A stretch of 63,995 bases of DNA, filler included. It is 5 parts of 5 records of this genome, joined end to end, with 100 filler letters (N's around TTAATTAATTAA, not from the genome) between each part and the next. Parts side by side here need not be neighbours in the genome. Positions count along the whole stretch, not along the records: positions 1 to 22,618 come from SRR31156797_11873; positions 22,719 to 44,776 come from SRR31156797_11894; 3 more parts are not named here. One strand, given 5' to 3'. Both the position numbers and the translations under genes were made by a program. The notes below the pieces were generated by a model. The model searched no databases. It saw nothing but the letters and a program-made list of their open reading frames with translations, and was not told the origin of the DNA. Below are positions 20,970 through 30,040 of the stretch, one piece after another (within the stretch, counting starts at the first letter, position 1; every line of letters starts with the position of its first letter).

Positions 20970-21713
20970 TCATGCCAGTTTTCCCACCTCATTAATGCTT
21001 TTTTTACTGACATCATTCAGAAAATGAATGACTTTCTGATAGGATTCGTAGCCCCTGAGGACGTCTATCATTTCGGTCATGGTTCTGACCCCGTTCACGC
21101 CTGAAGTCTCCAAAAACCCCTGCTTTACTTTGATATCCTTTATTTCTTTCTCGTCAACCTGCCCGCCCTGGGACGCGAACAGGGTACCGCTGATCTTTTT
21201 GAGCATATGCGGTTTTCCAATGCCGACGATCTGCAACTTATGAACGGACTTTCCGTCGACACTGATTTCGCCGGCCTCATTCACGGTGATATGTTTCCCC
21301 TTCAAAACAATCTCGCCGCCCTTGCCCAGCACCGGATACCCTTCTTTGGTGATCAGATTACCATTTTTTGTCAAAGAAAAATCGCCCCTTCTCGTGTAAT
21401 TTTTTCCTCCCGGCGTCTGAACACAGAAAAAACCCTCTCCCTCAAGGGCCAGATCCAGCACATTGTTTGTGGGTCGTAATGGAGAGGGCGTAAAATCCGT
21501 CCTGGTTTCATAGGGTTGTGCAGAGGGAGACATGACAAAACCGCCTGCCTTCCGTAACATGCGGGGATCCTCTTCCATATCCGGTAGGTGAAAACACAGC
21601 TTGTCTTCCTTGAACCCGGCCGTGTTCACATTGGCAAGATTATTGGTCAAAATATCCAGCCGCATCTGACTATTGGATGCTCCCGAGACAGCGGCGTACA
21701 ATGCTTGATTCAT
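20970..21713 (-). CDS. flgF: Proximal rod protein
   Basis: [29 protein letters not shown]; start MNQALY after GGGGGAG RBS. Confidence 0.88.
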   Translation of the reverse strand: MNQALYAAVSGASNSQMRLDILTNNLANVNTAGFKEDKLCFHLPDMEEDPRMLRKAGGFVMSPSAQPYETRTDFTPSPLRPTNNVLDLALEGEGFFCVQTPGGKNYTRRGDFSLTKNGNLITKEGYPVLGKGGEIVLKGKHITVNEAGEISVDGKSVHKLQIVGIGKPHMLKKISGTLFASQGGQVDEKEIKDIKVKQGFLETSGVNGVRTMTEMIDVLRGYESYQKVIHFLNDVSKKSINEVGKLA

Positions 21714-21756
21714 TGGAGACTCCCCCTGTTGATTCCAAAACCCACTAAATAAGTTA

Positions 21757-21772
21757 TGCAAAATGTACGCCA
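21757..21772 (-). promoter_or_regulatory. sigma54 promoter upstream of flgF
   Basis: Minus strand TGGCGTACATTTTGCA = GG-N10-GC. Confidence 0.75.
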
Positions 21773-21856
21773 CCCATGGCAGCGTCTAAACTGATCTAAT
21801 TTAAATTCAGTTTAACATATTCAAAAAAAACCATCATGCTATTTCAAGAAAGGCTT

Positions 21857-22369
21857 TCAGTTCCTTCCAGTACCCACACGGGCAAATTTTTCCGACGTAT
21901 TCCGCAAAGATTCCAGCCGCCTGAATCGGCCATCCTCGTAACCGCCCCCTTGGCCCCGCTTCGATTGGGGCGCATTCATTTTTCCAACCTTGACAATCAG
22001 TTCGATTTCATTTCTCGGGAGATCGACCTTTTCTTTGACCCTCTCAACATTCAAACCCTGCTCGGCAAGGCGTCTTGCCGTAGCATAAGCGCCTTTCGAT
22101 CGCTTCTCCCCAACCCTTTTTTTTCTGTCCCCAAGTTTTTTTCCGTTATCCAGGGATCCGTCATTCCCGGAATCCCCACCGTTTAGCGCAAAAGACAGTT
22201 CGTTGTTGAAATTTATCCCATTTTTCCGCACCCATTTTCGAGCCAGTCTCAGGCCATATCGCTTCGTCTTCATGGTGATGATGATCATTGCGCTGATTCC
22301 CAAAAAACAGAAACACAAGGCATCCGACAGCATGAACAGCTGTTCAGTGGTCAAGTATGGCATAATCAA
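21857..22369 (-). CDS. Membrane-anchored protein with DUF2802-like C-terminal HTH-like motif
   Basis: N-terminal TM helix; Y..A.RLA.QG......LPRNEIELI. Confidence 0.55.
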   Translation of the reverse strand: MIMPYLTTEQLFMLSDALCFCFLGISAMIIITMKTKRYGLRLARKWVRKNGINFNNELSFALNGGDSGNDGSLDNGKKLGDRKKRVGEKRSKGAYATARRLAEQGLNVERVKEKVDLPRNEIELIVKVGKMNAPQSKRGQGGGYEDGRFRRLESLRNTSEKFARVGTGRN

Positions 22370-22375
22370 CTCCTC

Positions 22376-22618
22376 TTAGACATGTATATCGATCCGATTT
22401 CCCAGATCTTGATGCAACGATTCCCGCATCTTCTCCCCATCAGAACCGCCTTTTCCGTTCTTGATTCCGGTTTCCCGTTGTAATGTGTTGGTATGGGAGG
22501 TCAAACCGTCCTCGGACTTGTTCTCTTTCTCATCCTCAAAATGTCTCTGAAAATGCTTCTTTCGAGAATCCGGGCTTTCCCGTTTTGTTGCCTTCACCCT
22601 GGAGGCACCGAAAATGGG
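22376..22618 (-). CDS. Partial hypothetical protein (ends G.RIDIHV)
   Basis: Frame runs to the contig edge; C-terminal G..IDI.V motif is typical of flagellar-cluster proteins. Confidence 0.45.
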   Translation of the reverse strand, partial: PIFGASRVKATKRESPDSRKKHFQRHFEDEKENKSEDGLTSHTNTLQRETGIKNGKGGSDGEKMRESLHQDLGNRIDIHV

Positions 22619-22718
22619 NNNNNNNNNNNNNNNNNNNNNNNNNNNNNNNNNNNNNNNNNNNNTTAATTAATTAANNNNNNNNNNNNNNNNNNNNNNNNNN
22701 NNNNNNNNNNNNNNNNNN
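22619..22718. other. Artificial contig spacer
   Basis: N-run + TTAATTAATTAA (stops in all six frames) + N-run. Confidence 0.99.
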
Positions 22719-23230
22719 TCAAAAGGGGCCCCTTCAAAGGGCGTTCCCTTCAGGTTCACGCCAAAGATCCAGATCAATGACCCCAGAATCAAAACCGACA
22801 GCGTACCAAACAGCAGATTTTTGCCTCCGTGGGAGAAAGGAGTCGGATTTATCCCGCTGCAAAACCACCAGGCAGCGCAAAAGAAAAAGATAAGGCCCAT
22901 CCACAGTCCGGCAGGGAAAATGGGGATCGCAGGCCATACGTTCGTTTCCACCCACAGCAGGACCAAGGCGAGCACAATCCATAAAATACTCATGCCCCAG
23001 CCCGGAATTGCCAAAGACATTCCCGGTTTCCAGATACCCATGGGGGGTGCAAAAGGCCATCCCAGACCGACGATCCCCAGCATGGCGACGAATACCAGCA
23101 ACCAGAAAGACCAGGGCAAATAGAAGGTGATAATCCATTTCATGGGCACGAAATAGAGAAAGAGCCAAGTCAATATCAGAAATGCCACCACCTGAATGCT
23201 ACACGCTTGCCATCGCTTGATACCTTCCAT
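22719..23230 (-). CDS. Partial polytopic membrane protein (putative permease)
   Basis: At least five TM segments, Trp/Pro-rich; AGGAGG RBS before ATG 23230; truncated by the contig end. Confidence 0.65.
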
Positions 23231-23368
23231 TTTTTTGATTCCTCCTGAAAAAGATTCGATTCGTTTGGGCCGTGCGGCAAGATGTCGCCGCAAGCCACGC
23301 CTCATCCACTTACCAAAATCAAACTTCTTGTAGCCCCGTTCTTGATTGCCGTGACGACGAGTATGTCA

Positions 23369-25033
23369 CTACATCGATGTTTGCATCTGTTGTTTCAGAA
23401 TCTTCTTGTCCGCTTTTCCGGCAGCGGTGAGCGGGAAGTGGTCCAGTACATCGATCCTTGAAGGTACGAATCGTTTAGGGGTTTCCATCCGTTGTAGTCC
23501 GGATATGATATCGTCCGCGCACAAATTTTCCCCTTCAACCGGCTTGATGAAAGCGCAAATCGCCTCCCCCAGATCGGGATCCGGCATGCCGACTGCCGCC
23601 ACGTATTCAACTTTTGGCAGGGAAGATATGAGATCTTCGATGTCCCGTGCGGCGATGTTTTCTCCGCCTCTGATAATGATATCTTTTATGCGCCCGGTAA
23701 TGCGGACGTGTCCTTTTTCATCTATTACAGCTAAATCTCCGGTTCTGAAAAAACCATCTTCGGTGAATGCGTCCTTGTTCGCTTCCGGGTTATGCAGATA
23801 ACCGGAAAAGATTCCAGGTCCATTAGCCACCAGTTCTCCTTCAACTCCTGCCTCCGTCGGAGATCCCTCGGCATCCAATGTGCGGAATTCATCGTAGGGA
23901 CAGCAGCGCCTGCCGATGGTATTGGTTCGTATCTCGATGGGATCATCGATCCGGCTCTGGCATAAGGGGCCTTCCACCATGCCGAATCCGTTAATGTACA
24001 CACAATTTTTAAATCGGCTTTCAACCTGCCGGACAAGTTCGGGCGGACTGTTGGCCGCACCAACGTATATTTTCTTCACCGAACCCAAATCATAGTCGCC
24101 GATTTTGTCATGGTTGACGATCCTACTGATCAGTGTGGGCACCAATGCGGTGCAGGTGATTTTTTCCCGCTGGACCATATGGCAGAAATCTTCGGGATAG
24201 GTGGAATCGAGCATAACGATTTTTGCGCCCTGAAAAACCGGGCCGGTTATGCCGATGAGCAGTGCCAAATTGTGACCCACGGTGCTGGCAACCAGACAGG
24301 TATCGTCGGGATTCATATGCCAACTCTTCGACGTGAACTCGATGTTGCACATATAGTCGTTGTGAGTCCTCGGAGCCCCCTTGGGCAATCCCGTCGTCCC
24401 CCCGGATGGAAGTATTTGGCAGACCGCTTTCGGGTCCGGCCTGGAAATCATTAGGGTAGACTTGATGGCATCGGAACCATTTTGATCTTTCAACAGAGAC
24501 TCGAATGTTTCATACTCTGTCGGGCTTTCGCTTCGTGTGAGAAACACCTTTTCGAGTGCCGGGTTTTCAGCTTTAACCTGTTCGATAATAGGCAGATAGT
24601 CCATCTTTCTGTATTTATCCGGGACGATCCAGGCCCTGGGATCGGTCAATTTGGCCAGGTGTGAGGTTTCCCGCGCTGTATGGTTTACCGTTAATAGAAC
24701 CATGACGAGCCCCGCTTTTTGAATGGCATAATACGAGATGACGAATTCCGCCCAATTGGGAAGTTGAAGCAGCACGGTATCGCCCGGTCTCAATCCTTTC
24801 CGAAGCAATTGATAAGACATGATATCAACCATTCCTTTCAGCTCGGAATAGGTGTATCTTCTGTTACCGTCCACCAAAGCTTCTTTATCTGGGAAGACAT
24901 CCGCCGTCCGGTCAAGCGTCGCTCCAATAGTGAGATCAAGCCACCATTTCTGCTTGGCATAAAAACGAATATCTTCTTCCGAATACTGCCGTAGTCCGTC
25001 CATTTCGATCGACTTTCCTTTCACTGTAAACAA
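23369..25033 (-). CDS. AMP-binding enzyme, aryl-acid adenylating (DhbE/aryl-CoA ligase-like)
   Basis: PSGGTTGLPKG, FGMVEG, FFRTGDL, GRIKDIIIRGGENI, PLTAAGK; start may be 25003. Confidence 0.9.
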   Translation of the reverse strand: MFTVKGKSIEMDGLRQYSEEDIRFYAKQKWWLDLTIGATLDRTADVFPDKEALVDGNRRYTYSELKGMVDIMSYQLLRKGLRPGDTVLLQLPNWAEFVISYYAIQKAGLVMVLLTVNHTARETSHLAKLTDPRAWIVPDKYRKMDYLPIIEQVKAENPALEKVFLTRSESPTEYETFESLLKDQNGSDAIKSTLMISRPDPKAVCQILPSGGTTGLPKGAPRTHNDYMCNIEFTSKSWHMNPDDTCLVASTVGHNLALLIGITGPVFQGAKIVMLDSTYPEDFCHMVQREKITCTALVPTLISRIVNHDKIGDYDLGSVKKIYVGAANSPPELVRQVESRFKNCVYINGFGMVEGPLCQSRIDDPIEIRTNTIGRRCCPYDEFRTLDAEGSPTEAGVEGELVANGPGIFSGYLHNPEANKDAFTEDGFFRTGDLAVIDEKGHVRITGRIKDIIIRGGENIAARDIEDLISSLPKVEYVAAVGMPDPDLGEAICAFIKPVEGENLCADDIISGLQRMETPKRFVPSRIDVLDHFPLTAAGKADKKILKQQMQTSM

Positions 25034-25046
25034 AATTTTTCCCCGG

Positions 25047-26015
25047 TTACTGGGTTAAGGTTCGGATGTTCCGGCTCTGCAGGATGAACAGTTTTTCGTT
25101 TTGGAATGCCCATTCAACATCCTGCGGAAAATCAAAATGCTTTTCGATCTTGAGTCCGACTTTCCCCAATCTTTGCAGGTGCTCGTATTTGAGACTCGGA
25201 GTTTTGCATTTATCAGGTTCTATTTTCCTGTCGATTCTCCCGAATCCTTTTTCGTCATCAAAACAACACATTATCGTTTTGGGGGATATAACTTGCTGTT
25301 TGACTTCCAGTTCCGGTTTCCCCAACAAGAAAAAGTCGTTCATTGATTTTCCTGAAACAACGGATTCTCCAAGTCCCCAATTTGATTCGATGACTATTTC
25401 ATCTCTTTTACTCGTGATGGGGTTGGCGGTGAATAAAACACCGGCTACTTCCGAATGGACCATTTTCTGAACAACGGGTGCGATTAATCCACAGTCGTGT
25501 TCGATATTCTTGTGGAATCGGGCCATTACGGCCCTCTGGGTCCATAGTGAGGCCCAGCACTTGCGAATATGCTCAATAATTTCATCCTCGCCCTTCAGAT
25601 AATGAAAAGTGTCCATCATCCCCGGGAAGGATGAAATCGAGCTGTTCTTAACGGAAACTGAAGATCGAACCGCGACGAACGGGTCTTCGGATTGACAAAG
25701 ATCGGAAACGCTATCCGATATTTCGCTGTAAAGCTGCTCCGGAATCCGGGCCTCACGGATCAGTTTTCGAATCTGTCGGGTTTTTATTTCCAATTGCGAC
25801 AGATCCTCATAATCAAAGGTGTCGACAATGGCGTAAATATCCGGTTTCAGGCCGTTATTTTCGATCAAATAGTCCAAGGAACGGGCCGTAACACAGAATC
25901 CGTCGGGAACATCGAAGCCGGCCTGGGTCAGTTCTCCCAGGTTTGCAGCCTTGCCGCCGCATTCCTCAAAATCTCTTTTTGTCATTTCACTGAAATGTTT
26001 TATGTATTTCCTCAT
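25047..26015 (-). CDS. Stand-alone PEP-synthase/PPDK N-terminal ATP-grasp domain protein (PpsB/CreI-like subunit)
   Basis: GGKAANLGEL, VPDGF, VAVRSS, SFPG, GLGESVVSG, PQDVEWA...LFILQSR; ends there, no His-swivel or PEP-binding domain. Confidence 0.9.
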   Translation of the reverse strand: MRKYIKHFSEMTKRDFEECGGKAANLGELTQAGFDVPDGFCVTARSLDYLIENNGLKPDIYAIVDTFDYEDLSQLEIKTRQIRKLIREARIPEQLYSEISDSVSDLCQSEDPFVAVRSSVSVKNSSISSFPGMMDTFHYLKGEDEIIEHIRKCWASLWTQRAVMARFHKNIEHDCGLIAPVVQKMVHSEVAGVLFTANPITSKRDEIVIESNWGLGESVVSGKSMNDFFLLGKPELEVKQQVISPKTIMCCFDDEKGFGRIDRKIEPDKCKTPSLKYEHLQRLGKVGLKIEKHFDFPQDVEWAFQNEKLFILQSRNIRTLTQ

Positions 26016-26045
26016 GGCTCTGTCCTCTTCCGGTATTCTCTATTT

Positions 26046-26061
26046 AGCAAAATATATGCCA
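26046..26061 (-). promoter_or_regulatory. sigma54 promoter upstream of the ATP-grasp/ligase/permease genes
   Basis: Minus strand TGGCATATATTTTGCT = GG-N10-GC. Confidence 0.75.
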
Positions 26062-26291
26062 TAATAACGATTGTTCTATAAGTAGTTAAAATAATAGATT
26101 ATGTCGCCAGTTGTCCCGTTCGATCCTAAAGGAATTTTCAAGAAATGAAATTATTTTATTCAGAAATTTTAAAGGCTTAAGTTTTTAGAATGCATTTCTA
26201 GAAGATGAAACGTTTCCCAGGCCGAAAGCTAATACGACCTAGCTATTATAGGCAATTCACAAATGAGTTTTTTGGAGCATGGCCGAAGAAT

Positions 26292-27104
26292 TTAAAGTGG
26301 CGAGTCCGGGTCAAACTCCGGTTTTCTTTTCTCCATCAAAGCGGACAATCCTTCACTGACCTCGGGTCCCCTGAAACCCAGCATTTCAAGCGCCAGAGAA
26401 TTATCGAAGATCGGCCCCGCCATTCGGTACCAATTGTTCAGAGCGAGCTTGGTCCATCGAACGGCATTGGGTGCGGCGAGTGCAAGTTTTTTAGCGACTC
26501 TTATGGATTCTTCCTCCAAATCGGCGTCTTCGACGCATTTGGAGACCAGACCGATCCGTTCGGCCTCCTCGCCGTACACGGGATCGCAAGTGAGCAGATA
26601 GTATTTTGCCTTGGCCATGCCGCAAAGAAGCACCCAATTGATGCATGCGCAATCTCCGGCCGCCACCCCCAGTCTCGTATGCCCGTCGCTGATGCGGGCC
26701 GATTTGGCAATGATGGAGATGTCGGCCAGCAGTGCGGCCACCAGACCTGCCCCAACCGCCACTCCGTTTATTGCGGACACGATCGGTTTTGAACAGTTGA
26801 TCACGTTGTAAACCAGATCGCGGGCTTCCTTGTAGCCGGTGACGGTATTTTTCCAGATCTCGCTATTGTCCCGAATCATCCCGAAGTCGCCCCCGGCCGA
26901 AAAGGCCTTCCCTTTTCCGGCCAGAATTACCGCGTTGATATTGCGGTCCCGGTCAATATCTTGCCAGATATTGGCCAGATGATTGTGTCCGCTGGAGTCG
27001 ATGGAATTGTAGCTTTCCGGTTTGTTGAAGGAAATTCGCAGGACGCGCTCGAAGGGACTATCGTATTCAAAAGACGGATATTTCTCCTGATATAAACTGA
27101 TCAT
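26292..27104 (-). CDS. Enoyl-CoA hydratase/isomerase (crotonase) family
   Basis: AFSAGGD, AINGVAVGAG, DGHTRLGVAAGD, AEERIGLV-like motifs. Confidence 0.92.
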   Translation of the reverse strand: MISLYQEKYPSFEYDSPFERVLRISFNKPESYNSIDSSGHNHLANIWQDIDRDRNINAVILAGKGKAFSAGGDFGMIRDNSEIWKNTVTGYKEARDLVYNVINCSKPIVSAINGVAVGAGLVAALLADISIIAKSARISDGHTRLGVAAGDCACINWVLLCGMAKAKYYLLTCDPVYGEEAERIGLVSKCVEDADLEEESIRVAKKLALAAPNAVRWTKLALNNWYRMAGPIFDNSLALEMLGFRGPEVSEGLSALMEKRKPEFDPDSPL

Positions 27105-27151
27105 AATAAATTTCTCCTCATTTCAATAAAACATCATGCAGGCATTCATTT

Positions 27152-28339
27152 TCAGGCCTGAATGACAAAGCTCTCTCCTTCGGCAATGCCTCCGCAAATT
27201 GTCACCAAGCCGTATTTCGCGTTGCTACGAAGCATTTCATAGATGAGCGTCATGACCAGGCGACCGCCGGTTGCACCTGTTGGATGGCCGATGGCAATGG
27301 CGCCTCCATTCACGTTAGTCTTCTTTCTGATTTGTTCGATTTTTTCCGGATTGTCTCCTCCAAGAATTTTGGTGGAGACCAGGGGCATTGCGGCAAAGGC
27401 CTCGTTAATTTCGATCAAATCCATTTGATCCACGGTCATTTCGGCTTTTTCCAGGGCTTTTTGCGCCGTGTAGGCAGGTATGGAAGCGATGTGTTGAGGA
27501 TGATCCGATCCCTGGGCATGACTGATGATGGTAGCCAGGGGTTTCATGCCCAGTTCATCGGCCTTTTGTTTGGACATAAGGAGTAAAGCGCTCGCTCCGG
27601 TGCTTAATCCCGGTGCATTTCCCGCGGTTACCGTCGGACTTCCGTAAACCGTTGGAAGACTGGCCAATTTTTCCAGCGTGGTATCGGGTCTGGGGCCTTC
27701 GTCTTGTTGGACTATTGTGATTTTTCCCTTTTTGCCTATTACCTCTACCGGGAATATTTCGTCTTTGAATTTATTTTTTTGAAAGGCTTCCGCATAAAGT
27801 TTATGGCTTCTGAGCGCCCATTTGTCCTGTTCTTCCCTGCCGATGCCATGCTCTTCCGCTTCTTTTCCGGCCTGCACCGCCCTTGGTACACCGGTATACG
27901 GGCATTTAACGATAAGCAAATCCTTTAGGACGACGTCCCCCAGTCTCTTTCCCCAGCGGAGATCGCTCAAAAAATAAGGGGTTTGACTCATGTTCTCGAC
28001 ACCGCCGGCCATGATCATATCCGCTTCACCGGCTTTGATGGCGCGATAGCCCATGGCGATTGCGGCAGTGGAGGAACAGCAGGCTCTATCCAGCGTGCTG
28101 GCGTTAATGGTGTCGGGCAGCCCGGCTCTCAAAGCGACCTGTCTGGCAATGGACCGCTCCGAATCAGGCATATTTTTTCCGAGATAGACCTCATCGACAT
28201 CCCCCACATCAACCTTGGATCTCGTTATCAGTTCCTTGAAGGCCGCGGCACCAAGATCAATAATATTGAAATCCCTCAATATTCCGCCAAGCTTCCCAAA
28301 CGGTGTTCTAACGGCGTTAGTGATAACCACTTCGTTCAT
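27152..28339 (-). CDS. Thiolase (acetyl-CoA C-acyltransferase)
   Basis: RACCSS catalytic Cys, NEAFA, GGAIAIGHP, ICGG. Confidence 0.95.
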   Translation of the reverse strand: MNEVVITNAVRTPFGKLGGILRDFNIIDLGAAAFKELITRSKVDVGDVDEVYLGKNMPDSERSIARQVALRAGLPDTINASTLDRACCSSTAAIAMGYRAIKAGEADMIMAGGVENMSQTPYFLSDLRWGKRLGDVVLKDLLIVKCPYTGVPRAVQAGKEAEEHGIGREEQDKWALRSHKLYAEAFQKNKFKDEIFPVEVIGKKGKITIVQQDEGPRPDTTLEKLASLPTVYGSPTVTAGNAPGLSTGASALLLMSKQKADELGMKPLATIISHAQGSDHPQHIASIPAYTAQKALEKAEMTVDQMDLIEINEAFAAMPLVSTKILGGDNPEKIEQIRKKTNVNGGAIAIGHPTGATGGRLVMTLIYEMLRSNAKYGLVTICGGIAEGESFVIQA

Positions 28340-28363
28340 GATTGTCGTTCCTCTCTCTATGTG

Positions 28364-29581
28364 TTATACGACGTTACTTGTTTTCAACGCTTCCATGGTC
28401 GCTTCGTCGATATTTAAAATATTGCTCAACACCTCTTGAGTGTGTTCCCCCAACCTTGGGGCCGGCTGCGCCGTTCTGTCCAGCGGGACATTTTTCATTT
28501 TAATGGGATTGCCAACCAGTTTGACTTTGCCCCCCACTGGATCGTCGACCTCAATCCACATGCCCCTGGCGTCGGCTTGCGGACATTCATAAATATCCTT
28601 GGAAGTTCTGACCTTGCCGATGGGCACCCCGGCTTTCAGCAGAATGTCGCAAACTTCGTCCGAAGTATACTTGATCATCCAGGACTCGATTATCGGCGCC
28701 AATTCGGATTTGTTCTTAGTTCTTTTCATGGCATGGTCAAAACGCGGATCCTCAACAAGCCCAGGCTTTTCAATGACGTTACAGAACCTTTCCCACATTT
28801 TGGCCTCGAAAATAATCAGGGCCACATAACCGTCTTTGGTCTTAAAGGCTCCCCAAGGGTATACCAGGGCTTCCTTTCCCCTGGCCAAAACATTTTTGGT
28901 GAGAGAATAGAAGGTGTTTGCCCTCTCCGTCAGGCTTAGCATGACGTCGTACATGGCAACGTCGATATATTCTCCGAGACCTGAGATATTACGTTTGTAA
29001 AGCGCCAGACTGATAGCGTAGGCTGTTAACATGCCCGGCACAACGTCTCCAAAAGCGATCATGGGATGCAGGGGAGGGCCATTCTCTTCACCAATCAGAT
29101 TCATCAAGCCACCCATGGCCTGGATTACGATATCGTACGCCGGATTTTCAGAATATGGGCCTTTGAGGCCTTCCATTTGTCCGAAACCACTGATTGTGGC
29201 GTAGATTAAACTGGGATTAATCTTATTTAATGCTTCGTAATCCAATCCCATTTTGGCGAATGTTCCGGGCCGCAAGTTTTCAACCAAAACGTCGGCATGT
29301 TTAACAAGCGCCAGGAATATATCTCGTCCTTTTTTACTTTTTATATCCAGCGTGACGCTTTTTTTGTTCCGATTAAAACGCATGAAATAGCCGCTGAATT
29401 TGTCCCCATTTTCATTTTTTACAAAGGGACCTCCCTCTCTGGCGGGATCCCCATAACGTGATTCGATTTTAATGACTTCCGCCCCGGCATCGGCTAACAT
29501 CATAGTACAGAAAGGCGCGGCAACCTGGGTTTCCACGGCAATTACCCGTATATCGTGTAATGGCTTTTGACCATTTAACAT
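28364..29581 (-). CDS. Family III CoA-transferase (CaiB/BaiF)
   Basis: LADAGAEVIKIE, NRNKKS, ENLRPG, ISGFGQ, AYD...QA.GG, APRLGEHT. Confidence 0.95.
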   Translation of the reverse strand: MLNGQKPLHDIRVIAVETQVAAPFCTMMLADAGAEVIKIESRYGDPAREGGPFVKNENGDKFSGYFMRFNRNKKSVTLDIKSKKGRDIFLALVKHADVLVENLRPGTFAKMGLDYEALNKINPSLIYATISGFGQMEGLKGPYSENPAYDIVIQAMGGLMNLIGEENGPPLHPMIAFGDVVPGMLTAYAISLALYKRNISGLGEYIDVAMYDVMLSLTERANTFYSLTKNVLARGKEALVYPWGAFKTKDGYVALIIFEAKMWERFCNVIEKPGLVEDPRFDHAMKRTKNKSELAPIIESWMIKYTSDEVCDILLKAGVPIGKVRTSKDIYECPQADARGMWIEVDDPVGGKVKLVGNPIKMKNVPLDRTAQPAPRLGEHTQEVLSNILNIDEATMEALKTSNVV

Positions 29582-29634
29582 TCTAAATCCTCCCTCCATT
29601 GTGAAATTCGGTTTTGTTTCGAATTAAAAAATAA

Positions 29635-30027
29635 TTAGAAACGAGCCTTTATGAGTTCTATGACGTCCTTTACCTCACTGCCGGGACCAAAAACTGCATC
29701 AACACCGATTGATTTCAGGTACTTCACATCCGCTTGGGGGATAATTCCCCCTACCAGGAGCATGACATCTGTAAAGCGGTTTTCTTTTAACTGTGTTACC
29801 ACCTTTTCCATGAGCTGGTTATGGGCTCCGGACAGAATGCTCAGGCCGATCACGTCGACCCCTTCTTCCATGCCCGTTTTGACGATCGACTCAGCTGTTT
29901 GCCGTAATCCGGTATAGACGATCTCCATTCCGGAATCCCTCAGCATATAGGCGACGACCTTTGCCCCACGATCATGGCCATCCAGGCCCGGCTTTCCGAT
30001 GAGTACCCGAATTTTACGATGGGCCAT
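29635..30027 (-). CDS. Cobalamin-binding small subunit of acyl-CoA mutase
   Basis: KPGLDGHDRG (DxHxxG), GLSILSG, GGII, FGPG. Confidence 0.95.
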   Translation of the reverse strand: MAHRKIRVLIGKPGLDGHDRGAKVVAYMLRDSGMEIVYTGLRQTAESIVKTGMEEGVDVIGLSILSGAHNQLMEKVVTQLKENRFTDVMLLVGGIIPQADVKYLKSIGVDAVFGPGSEVKDVIELIKARF

Positions 30028-30040
30028 TACAATCCTCCGT

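Noticed and set aside
22663-22674. TTAATTAATTAA repeated four times in the window
   Set aside because: Synthetic all-frame stop linker, not a biological repeat or CRISPR
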